Positions 8,049 through 16,123 of a stretch of 64,000 nt of DNA are shown piece by piece (positions within the stretch are counted from its first letter, which is position 1; each line of letters opens with the position of its first letter). Under the pieces are notes generated by a model that was not told where the DNA came from, ran no database searches, and worked only from the letters and a program-made list of their open reading frames with translations. Origin of the DNA: Opitutia bacterium UBA7350 (GTDB lineage Bacteria > Verrucomicrobiota > Verrucomicrobiia > Opitutales > Coraliomargaritaceae); NCBI GenBank assembly GCA_949524905.1, contig CATINC010000004.1:51840-115839 (forward strand), given 5' to 3'. Both the position numbers and the translations under genes were made by a program.

Positions 8049-9434
8049 TCATCGTTCCCACCAGTTGTCGTTGCCGAGGGTGGGGAAGATGCGATCCTTG
8101 AGTTGGGCATTCCATGTTTCCCAAGTATCCAACAATGACTGGTTCTCTTTGCCGGAAACCTTCCAGCGCAGGTTTATGGTCTCGGCGATATCCTCGCTCA
8201 AGTCATAGCGCGCAAAGTTGTCATTTTGGCGGTTTGCTTTGGCAACCAGCTTTACAGAGCCTTTGCGAATGGCCATGGCGTTTTGTTCCCACTTGCGCCA
8301 AAAGAGGACATCGTGCGGTGAGTCGTCTGATTCGCCGGTTAGGTAGGGCAGCAGATTGACGCCGTCGAGGGGACGTTCCTGTGCGATTTGAACTTCTGTA
8401 ATGGCGGCAATAGTACCAAAAATATCCAGGGAGATGACCGGCTCGCAATAGACTTGCCCGGCGGGGATCGTGCCCTTCCATTGCATCGCAAAGGGCACGC
8501 GAATCCCGCCTTCAAAGAGATCAGATTTCCAGCCTTTCAGGGGGTTGTTGTTGGAAGCGTTTTTACTGGAACCGCCGTTATCGGAAAGAAAGAACACTAT
8601 GGTCTCCTCTTCGATTCCATTGCGACGCAGGGTTTCCATAACGCGTCCCACACCATCATCGACCGAGCTGACCATGGCAGCGTAGGTGCGGCGTTTTTCG
8701 TCCTGAATATGCGTAAAGCGGTCGAGGTATTTTTCGGTTGCCTGCAAGGGTGCATGGGGTGCGTTGTAGGCGAGGTAAAGCAGGAATGGATTCTTTGCTT
8801 TGGCCTGTTGGTCAATAAAGGCCGTCGCGGCATCCGTGAGTGCGTCGGTTAGGTAGGCGTCGATTTCAATGGTTTCACCGTCACGCTCCAGCTTCATGCT
8901 GTACCAATGCCATTTGCGTTTGACCTCAGAGAGATCGTTGAGGGTGAGCATTTCCGGGAAATAATTCAAACCACCGGCAAGGAAGCCGAAGAAATGATCA
9001 AAGCCACGTTGGTGGGGATGGAAGTTTGGGTGCGTTCCCATGTGCCACTTGCCAATGATGGCGTTCTTGTAGCCAACCTTGCGCAAAAGCTGTGCAATGG
9101 TCTCCTCTTCGAGTGGCAGGCCGGATTGGGGATTGCTGGGGTCAATGGATGGATTGGTGGTGAAGCCGAAGCGATCCTGGTAGCGCCCGGTGAGTAGGCC
9201 GGCGCGACTGGGACCGCAGACGGGGAAGGAGACGTAGCCATCTGTGAATTTTACCCCGTCGGCAGCGAGGCCGTCGAGGTGCGGAGTTGGGATGTCGGTG
9301 CAGCCGTTGAAGCCAACATCGTGGTAGCCCTGGTCGTCCGTGAGAACAATTATTAGATTTGGACGATCTGTCGCACGCAGCGAGGTGAGCGCAAAGCATG
9401 TAATGAAGCTAAGGACGAGTCGGTGTAAGTACAT
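8049..9434 (-). CDS. Secreted sulfatase (Cys-type)
   Basis: 461 aa. Signal peptide MYLHRLVLSFITCFALTSLRA. Motifs: LIIVLTDDQGYHDVGFNG, CGPSRAGLLTGRYQ, FFLSDNGG, KSDLFEGGIRVPF. Confidence 0.93.
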   Translation of the reverse strand: MYLHRLVLSFITCFALTSLRATDRPNLIIVLTDDQGYHDVGFNGCTDIPTPHLDGLAADGVKFTDGYVSFPVCGPSRAGLLTGRYQDRFGFTTNPSIDPSNPQSGLPLEEETIAQLLRKVGYKNAIIGKWHMGTHPNFHPHQRGFDHFFGFLAGGLNYFPEMLTLNDLSEVKRKWHWYSMKLERDGETIEIDAYLTDALTDAATAFIDQQAKAKNPFLLYLAYNAPHAPLQATEKYLDRFTHIQDEKRRTYAAMVSSVDDGVGRVMETLRRNGIEEETIVFFLSDNGGSSKNASNNNPLKGWKSDLFEGGIRVPFAMQWKGTIPAGQVYCEPVISLDIFGTIAAITEVQIAQERPLDGVNLLPYLTGESDDSPHDVLFWRKWEQNAMAIRKGSVKLVAKANRQNDNFARYDLSEDIAETINLRWKVSGKENQSLLDTWETWNAQLKDRIFPTLGNDNWWER

Positions 9435-9440
9435 CGTGAA

Positions 9441-10343
9441 TTAAGTTTTATTTTCCTGTAGGAATTCGCGGGGTTCTACTTGTTGGACGGTTCCGTTTTT
9501 GACGTCGCGTGGGGTGGCTTTAAAAGAACGTTTAAAGGCGGTTGCAAAGCTCTGACTGCTCTGAAACCCGACCATCATGGCGATTTGGGTGATATTCATG
9601 GAAGAGGTTACCAACAATTCGTAGCCTTTAATGAGGCGTATCTTCCACAGGCTTGCCATGGGGCTCTCTCCGGTGGTGGTGCGGAAGGCTTTGGTGAGCT
9701 TACTTCCGGAGACCGCGAGACGGTCGGAAAGTTTTTTTAGGTCCCATGCTTCGCTGTATTCACGCTCAAAGAGATCGATGGCAAGCAGGACGGTGGGGTT
9801 TTGAGTAAGGTTAGAGGGAAGTGCTGACTCGCTTGCGGTACCGTGGACGAGATCTTGTATTGCGTATATGAATGAGCGGAAGGCGTTGCGGGCGATTTTT
9901 TCGCTGAAGCGCCCTGGGGAGGCATGCTCGTTGACTATGGTCTTAACGAGGGATTTGTGCTTTGGGAGGAAGGATTGTTTGACATAGGTGAAGTCTTTCC
10001 ATTCCTCCAATAATTCAGCTTCGTCCTGAAGCGCCTGTTGCATGGAGAAGCCTATCCACAAGCAATGGTTGTAAGAGAAGCGCTGCTCGAGGCGTTCCAT
10101 GGTGATGCCGCTGGAAATGAGGAGCAGGTTGCCGTTGGAAAGTTCCTCGCGTTTGCCGTTGATATGGAAGCTACATTCGCCCTCGAGTTGCAAAAGGAAG
10201 GTGTAGTTGCGGAGTTTCTTTGCTCCCTCCTTCAAGCGCGGTGAGGACCAGTGCTCTCCAAGTGAATTCACGCCCGGCACAAAAATATCATCACCATAAA
10301 TGCTGAATCCGGAATAAACGCCTTCGGGTAGATCAATTGCCAT
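9441..10343 (-). CDS. AraC-family transcriptional regulator
   Basis: 300 aa. N-terminal cupin-like sensing half. The C-terminal double HTH reads LSDRLAVSGSKLTKAFRTTTGESPMASLWKIRLIKGYELLVTSSMNITQIAMMVGFQSSQSFATAFKRSFKATPRD. Embedded between two sulfatase genes with 6-bp and 11-bp gaps. Confidence 0.9.
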   Translation of the reverse strand: MAIDLPEGVYSGFSIYGDDIFVPGVNSLGEHWSSPRLKEGAKKLRNYTFLLQLEGECSFHINGKREELSNGNLLLISSGITMERLEQRFSYNHCLWIGFSMQQALQDEAELLEEWKDFTYVKQSFLPKHKSLVKTIVNEHASPGRFSEKIARNAFRSFIYAIQDLVHGTASESALPSNLTQNPTVLLAIDLFEREYSEAWDLKKLSDRLAVSGSKLTKAFRTTTGESPMASLWKIRLIKGYELLVTSSMNITQIAMMVGFQSSQSFATAFKRSFKATPRDVKNGTVQQVEPREFLQENKT

Positions 10344-10354
10344 GTGTTGAGGGG

Positions 10355-11749
10355 TTAGGTTCGTTTGCTCAGTGAGGATGGAAGGGCAACGTTCTCCAAA
10401 GTCGCTTCGTGTCGGTCGATCTCGTTGGCGAGGCGTTTGCAGTCCGATTGATACTCAGGTTCAAAGGCGAGGTTGCGGGTCTCGTAGGGATCATTTGCCA
10501 GATCGAACAGTTGAGTGGTTTTTGATCCGTAATAGCGAACGAATTTGAATCGTTCATCCACCACCATGCGACCACTGGCTTTGCTTTGGGCGTGAAGGTA
10601 GCGGCGCCATTGGGTGGCTTTTCCGTCGAGCAGGGGCTTGAGGCTACGACCGCGTAAACCGCTGGGCGGGACAATGCCGGCGTAATCGCAGAAGGTCGGG
10701 AAGAAATCTAACCCGGAAACGAGATGCTTTGTGTCCTCAACACCTTCGGGCGCATGACCTGGGAAACAAACCATCGTCGGCACCCGCACAGAAGTCTCAT
10801 AGAAGTTATCCTTAAAGAGCATGCGGTGATAACCATTGGCGTCGCCATGATCGGAAGTAAAAATAATGACGGTGTTTGCGTGGTCGGACGACTGCTCGAG
10901 GGTGTCGAGAATGTAGCCGACATTGACGTCCACCATTTCAACCATGCGGTAGTAAAGCCAAGCTTGATGGCCCCAGTTTTCCTCAGTCCACATTTTCGTA
11001 AAATTCATGAGCCCGTTATGCATGCTTTTGAGCTGTTCAGGTTCACGGCGGTCAAAGTCAAAGTTGGGCGGGTAGGGTGGCAACTGGTCGCGCAAATGCT
11101 TAAAGGGAAAGGAATGTTTCGCAGTGCGGGGAGCATTGCCGCAGTCGTGTGGATTCATCAATCCGATTTGGGCAAAGAAGGGGCGCTCGTGGTCACGGTT
11201 TGCGAGGAAAGCTTCGAAGGATAGGGCGATCAGGTTATCGCTGTATTCGCCCTGCGGGTGCGAGTTGTGTGGGACCAGTTGAAAGGATTGATGCAGCTGT
11301 CGACCGGGTACATGCCACTTTCCGATGTGTACGGTTTGATAGCCGTGTTCTCCAAGCCATTGTCCGTAGTCCGGGAGGTCGGTGCGTAACTTCCGGTTAT
11401 TGGCGACGACATTGTTCTCGCTGGGAAAACGCCCCGTGCACCAACTCGCGCGGGCCGGGCAGCAGATGGGGTCGGGCGTGTAGCTTTTTGAGAAATCGAC
11501 ACTGCGGGCGGCGAGGCGGTCGATGTTGGGCGTCTTTAGGTAGGGATTTCCGTGGCAACTGAGCGCCATATGGCTCAGCTGGTCGAGATTCAGAAAGAGC
11601 AAATTGGGCGCATCTTTGGTAGCCCGTACACTCCCTTGCGGAGCGGCGGTGGCTGTATTGAAAAACGCCGCGAGGGAAAGCGCACTTCCAGACCTTAGAA
11701 AGTCACGGCGGGTGAAGGTACTGGATGGGCTTGAGGATGGCGTGCTCAT
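10355..11749 (-). CDS. Tat-exported sulfatase (Cys-type)
   Basis: Twin-arginine signal STFTRRDFLRSGSALSLAAF. Motifs: CCPARASWCTGRFP (C-x-P-x-R), IFTSDHGD. The ORF track starts it at 11827, but that overlaps the upstream ORF. The ATG at 11749 (MSTPSS...) overlaps the upstream stop as ATGA, and an ATG at 11755 is also possible. Confidence 0.9.
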   Translation of the reverse strand: MSTPSSSPSSTFTRRDFLRSGSALSLAAFFNTATAAPQGSVRATKDAPNLLFLNLDQLSHMALSCHGNPYLKTPNIDRLAARSVDFSKSYTPDPICCPARASWCTGRFPSENNVVANNRKLRTDLPDYGQWLGEHGYQTVHIGKWHVPGRQLHQSFQLVPHNSHPQGEYSDNLIALSFEAFLANRDHERPFFAQIGLMNPHDCGNAPRTAKHSFPFKHLRDQLPPYPPNFDFDRREPEQLKSMHNGLMNFTKMWTEENWGHQAWLYYRMVEMVDVNVGYILDTLEQSSDHANTVIIFTSDHGDANGYHRMLFKDNFYETSVRVPTMVCFPGHAPEGVEDTKHLVSGLDFFPTFCDYAGIVPPSGLRGRSLKPLLDGKATQWRRYLHAQSKASGRMVVDERFKFVRYYGSKTTQLFDLANDPYETRNLAFEPEYQSDCKRLANEIDRHEATLENVALPSSLSKRT

Positions 11750-12531
11750 TTGCATTCGATCTCCGTAAGGGTGTACGCCACGTTGCGCCCGATAACTGCC
11801 AACACATGGTTGTTTGAATTTTGCCAAAAATAAAGCGGGAGGAGGGCGGGACCTACGAGGGCGAAGCCATGCAGATCTTCGATCGTTCCCTTGATTTCTA
11901 TGCGTTGATCCGGCAGCGGCGTTATTTCAAGGCCGGGGCGAAACATCGTGAGGTCGTCCAAATAATCGATGGGGCCAGGCTCGACCACGCCCGCCTGCAG
12001 ACGCTCAATCAAGGTGTAGAGGCTCGTCGTAGGATGGTGGGCTTGATATGTGCGATCCTGTCCGCTGTCAGTGGTGCTGATTGTAATGACATTGCCTAAG
12101 CGGTGGCCGGTTTGCCGCATGGGGCCGATTTTTGAATAACGATAGGATTTAACGGGGAAAATAGGGTCGGATTGATAACTCAATTTCCATTTACCCGGAC
12201 TGCCGGTCGCATTGGCGGCGTAATCGATTTTTGCAGCAATCGTTTGTTTAGAGGAATGCTTTTGTCCGGTCCATGTTGACCATGAGCGCGTGTGCGTGAC
12301 TTCCATTGAGCGCAGCGAGTTTATGGTCGGTGGTTTCAGGCATTCCAGTTCCAAGCTCCCTTCTGGACGCACCTGTGGAAAAGGACCCTCCTGACGACCG
12401 TTTTCAGTACGATATGCGTAATTCCGCATTGCATGTATGGCATAGTGCTGACGCGATGCTACGCATTCAAGCGGTGCTATATCGAATGATTGCAAATAAC
12501 TGGGGTATAGGTCAAAAGACAAATGCATCAC
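11746..12531 (-). CDS. Hypothetical cytoplasmic protein, translationally coupled to the Tat-sulfatase
   Basis: 261 aa with no signal peptide and no motif I recognise. First gene of the minus-strand operon. Its TGA overlaps the sulfatase ATG (ATGA at 11746-11749). Confidence 0.55.
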   Translation of the reverse strand: MMHLSFDLYPSYLQSFDIAPLECVASRQHYAIHAMRNYAYRTENGRQEGPFPQVRPEGSLELECLKPPTINSLRSMEVTHTRSWSTWTGQKHSSKQTIAAKIDYAANATGSPGKWKLSYQSDPIFPVKSYRYSKIGPMRQTGHRLGNVITISTTDSGQDRTYQAHHPTTSLYTLIERLQAGVVEPGPIDYLDDLTMFRPGLEITPLPDQRIEIKGTIEDLHGFALVGPALLPLYFWQNSNNHVLAVIGRNVAYTLTEIECK

Positions 12532-13212
12532 AAATTATAATATACTCAACCGGAAATAAAAACATTATTCAAACTGTATATAATGTCTTCTGGGGGCGAT
12601 TTATGGACCGTTTTACGAACGTGAGTCGTTCAATAAATCTGCTGTTGATGTCTCTTAAAAATTGACGCTGGTTCGCAGGGAAAAGCTTCGGCTCTCATTA
12701 AAGACGGCCTTGCAACCTCGAATAAAGAGATCCACAGCGTTTAAAAGATTATCGACTGCAAAGTCTAAATTGAAGGTGGGTCCACTGGGGCCCTTGCAGA
12801 ATAATTTGCCGCGCCAGCCCAAGAAAACCGTGGTGTTAAAATGTACGAATAACTAAACCGGTTGGTAAGTGGGGTCGGTCTTGATGAGCTTGCCATTTGC
12901 GCTGGTCTTGGTGATCAGATCGTTGCGGTCCTCTTCGCCGTTACCGTTGAGTTCGTTAGCCCGGGAAGCGGGAATATTTAGTGCAGTACATTATATTTTG
13001 AAGGGGGACGCCTTAAACGATACTTAATTTTGTCCATTAAATTACTGTATTGGCTGAAATAAAATGTCAGTCCTATGAGCAAATGGGTTATTCGGTTAAT
13101 CTTTTTGGTGTAGCGAACCGCGAATGAATCTTACCTTTGGGCGAACATTGAAGGTCTTGTATACCGTATCCATAACATATTTAATAATGTATTGCTTAAA
13201 TCCTGTTACTTC

Positions 13213-16107
13213 ATGTCTCCATTTATTGCTTTCAATTCTCACCTTAAAAATTCTGTTTTTACATTTCTGACGTTAATCGGTTCTGTGCTGACAGCTTTAC
13301 CGGAGGGGCAACTGCTCGCAGCGGAGCGTGCTTCCGTAGAAATGAGCCAGACAGATGCGCCAAAAGTCCATAACGATGCCTCTATTCGCTGGCTGGATAT
13401 GCACTACCAGGCAAAGCCAGACGGCACCCTGATGTATCTTGTGACGAAACACGGTCTTCTCATTGAGAACAGTTTATTTCATATCGAGCGTTTGAAGGGC
13501 GGAACCCATGCCAATCTCCTGCCATGGGAGATGCGGCAGCAAAGCCTCACAGACGGTTTTTTCTATGATGAGCCCGTTAAAATAGGCGCGGCGGCAGGTC
13601 GTTATCGCTATGCAACACAGTTGCAGGGAGTGCGCAGTTTGCGAACCGAAATTGACTTTACCGCCACCGGGTTTCGCGCCCAGCGACAAACTCTAAATCT
13701 CCCAATCGATACCTATGTCGGTAAGGCCTTTGAGATCAATGGCCGGCGGATTGACTATGGCAGCTTGGCTGATGTGGATAAAGAGCGCCGCCAAGTGATC
13801 GTGGCGCGCCAACCCTTGAAGTTTTTTCGTTCGCTAGCGGGTTCCGATCTCGGATTTACCTTACATGCAGAGTCGGATCTGGAAATCGAATTGCTTTGCG
13901 CAGTGGACTGGAAGGAGCACCGTTCTTTTTGGCTCAATCTTTACTGCGTTGACGGTGAAAGAATTCATCACCGCATTTCATTGCCGACTTCACCGGAAAG
14001 GGCAGATGTGGTTGATCATGAATCCCGACGCAACCGCTTGCTGAATGGCAGTTTTGAATTGGGACGCGAAGAGTGGGGGGTCATTTTTCACAAGTATGAC
14101 GTCAGTTCGGAGTGGGCGCTCGATGCCAGCACCGCCAGTGAGGGCGAACATTCCCTGAAGGTGAGCTTGGTACCGCAGGTCGCTCCTTATGAGGCTGCCA
14201 AAAAACATGCCACCGTTGCGTCAGAATATTTTGAGGCACGACCGCTTGAGAACCTAACGATTGCCGCTGATTTGAAGGCCTCCAAACCGGGACAACGGGT
14301 GAAGTTGCAGTTACGTTTTGTACCTACTGCGCTGGTGCCAAACCGTGGGAGTAATTTGATCGAGAAGAGCTTCACACTGGGAACAGGTTGGCAACGGTGT
14401 ACTTTTGAAGCGCGTCTTCCCCTTGCGGCAAAAGGAGCTTACGCCATTGCGGTAGCCATTCCAGCTACGGACGAAGCCATAGAGATATGGGTCGATGCCG
14501 TTTCGGTTCGTGACGCGGGTGCAGGTTCCGGCGACTATGTAGCCGCCAAGGCTTTAGAGGCGCACAGTGACACTCTGCGCTACCGACGTCTCTACGCTCC
14601 GGGTGAGCCGTTTGATGTGAGCACAACGCTTCGCAATAACAGCGATGCCTCATTTCCGGCATTTGCCAAACTTACTCTGCGTGATCGGATGGGAAGGGTG
14701 CTCCTTGAAGAATTGCGTTCGCTCGGTACCGTCGCCGCGAAAAATAATCTAAGCCTCGACTGGGAACTTCCGGTTCAAAGCGAACAGGGAATGTATCGTG
14801 TGCAGGTTGAAACCGGAACCGCCCCGAATGATTTGCAGTCCAGCCACCAGCTCTCGCTGGCGGTCTTGCGCGAACGTGAGGCAAACGTTGCCAACCCGGA
14901 TAATCGCTTTGGAGTCAATATTACGGATCTGCGTGAATTCTGGGCGCTGGAGCGGATCGGTATTGGTTGGTCGCGTTTCACCTTTGATTGCGGCTTGGGC
15001 AGTCTCATGCGGCAACCCGGTGTTTGGAATGCCGCGCAGGCCGAGAAGCTCGATGCACTGTTGGATTATCAGGCGAGCTTTGGGGTTACGCCCCTGCCGG
15101 TATTGGGGCCCGGAATGCCAAAGTGGGCTTCACGCGCAGCCAAAGGTTCATCCGCCACCCGCGCTTACACCCACAAAGAATCCGCAAATGAATATTTTGA
15201 TGATTACTTGAATCGTTTACTCGATTTGGCAGACGGGCGCATCTACGCCATCGAAACCTGGAACGAGCCGGATATCCCGCTCTTTTATCGAGGTACCATT
15301 GAGGAAATGTCGGATTTCACTACCCGCGTCTATGACTTGATAAAGGCGCATTCGCCTGAAATCGAGGTAGTAGGTCTGGGGCTCGCAACTCCAGCGGAGA
15401 CGCACAATAAATTTCTTCATGAGCTGCTCGGTCATTCCAGCCTGCGTCCCTATGATGCCATTTCATATCATCCCTATACGGAAGGACGACGCCATCCGGC
15501 CCGGGGAGATTTTCGCGAGGTAGTGCAGGGCATTGTCGAGGTTATCTCAGAGTTTGGTACAGTACCGCCTCTGTGGGCTACTGAGTTCGGCTACTTTGGT
15601 TACGCGCATGACGCCAAACCTTTTGTGCCGTTTAAGAATCCATTTGTAGCGCGTGAGATTCTCGATGAAGAGGAAAGTGCGGCCGCATGGATTCAGGCAA
15701 TTTCGACTGCATTTGCCAACGAGGTGTCGAAAGCTTTCTATTTCACCTTGCTGGAGGGGAATCTGCTTGACCGTTGGTTGCAGGGCTGGGTTGGACCCGG
15801 CGGACGCAATGTGGAGTCTGGATTCATCGCGGCGGCGACTGCGTGCGATATAATCAAAGGGGTGGACTGCCTCGGGCAGGAAGAAATTGCGCCGGGTATT
15901 TGGCAGACGCGGTTTAAGGGATCAGGTCGAAGCCTTGTCGTACTCTGGAGCGAGTCCGGTGAGCAAACTTACACCATACGGAGTTCTAAATCGCTTGACG
16001 CACGAGATCTTTACAACAACCCCATCACTTTTGCATCACAGTCTGGAAAAGTTTCTATACCCGTAACGCCATCACCAATTTACCTATTTGTAAAAGATTT
16101 GCGCTAA
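13213..16107 (+). CDS. Secreted multidomain glycoside hydrolase: unknown N-terminal region, CBM-like jelly-roll, clan GH-A (beta/alpha)8 catalytic domain
   Basis: ORF track start is TTG 13192; the first ATG is 13213 (MSPFIAFNSHLKNSVFTFLTLIGSVLTALP, a signal-like sequence). The CBM4/9/22-style module runs from NRLLNGSFELGREEWGV to IEIWVDAVSVRD (about 14038-14511). The catalytic domain has IETWNEPD (Glu codon 15265-15267, acid/base-like) and LWATEFGY (Glu codon 15583-15585, nucleophile-like) 106 aa apart. This is the classical clan GH-A spacing. Confidence 0.75.
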   Translation: MSPFIAFNSHLKNSVFTFLTLIGSVLTALPEGQLLAAERASVEMSQTDAPKVHNDASIRWLDMHYQAKPDGTLMYLVTKHGLLIENSLFHIERLKGGTHANLLPWEMRQQSLTDGFFYDEPVKIGAAAGRYRYATQLQGVRSLRTEIDFTATGFRAQRQTLNLPIDTYVGKAFEINGRRIDYGSLADVDKERRQVIVARQPLKFFRSLAGSDLGFTLHAESDLEIELLCAVDWKEHRSFWLNLYCVDGERIHHRISLPTSPERADVVDHESRRNRLLNGSFELGREEWGVIFHKYDVSSEWALDASTASEGEHSLKVSLVPQVAPYEAAKKHATVASEYFEARPLENLTIAADLKASKPGQRVKLQLRFVPTALVPNRGSNLIEKSFTLGTGWQRCTFEARLPLAAKGAYAIAVAIPATDEAIEIWVDAVSVRDAGAGSGDYVAAKALEAHSDTLRYRRLYAPGEPFDVSTTLRNNSDASFPAFAKLTLRDRMGRVLLEELRSLGTVAAKNNLSLDWELPVQSEQGMYRVQVETGTAPNDLQSSHQLSLAVLREREANVANPDNRFGVNITDLREFWALERIGIGWSRFTFDCGLGSLMRQPGVWNAAQAEKLDALLDYQASFGVTPLPVLGPGMPKWASRAAKGSSATRAYTHKESANEYFDDYLNRLLDLADGRIYAIETWNEPDIPLFYRGTIEEMSDFTTRVYDLIKAHSPEIEVVGLGLATPAETHNKFLHELLGHSSLRPYDAISYHPYTEGRRHPARGDFREVVQGIVEVISEFGTVPPLWATEFGYFGYAHDAKPFVPFKNPFVAREILDEEESAAAWIQAISTAFANEVSKAFYFTLLEGNLLDRWLQGWVGPGGRNVESGFIAAATACDIIKGVDCLGQEEIAPGIWQTRFKGSGRSLVVLWSESGEQTYTIRSSKSLDARDLYNNPITFASQSGKVSIPVTPSPIYLFVKDLR

Positions 16108-16123
16108 CAAATTACCACAAGTC

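Noticed and set aside
12306-12856. Plus-strand ORFs of 119 aa and 64 aa in the divergent control region.
   Set aside because: One overlaps the 5' end of the minus-strand 261-aa ORF. Both have low-complexity basic composition, no motifs, and are not followed by any operon logic. The minus-strand fragments in the same area look more protein-like.
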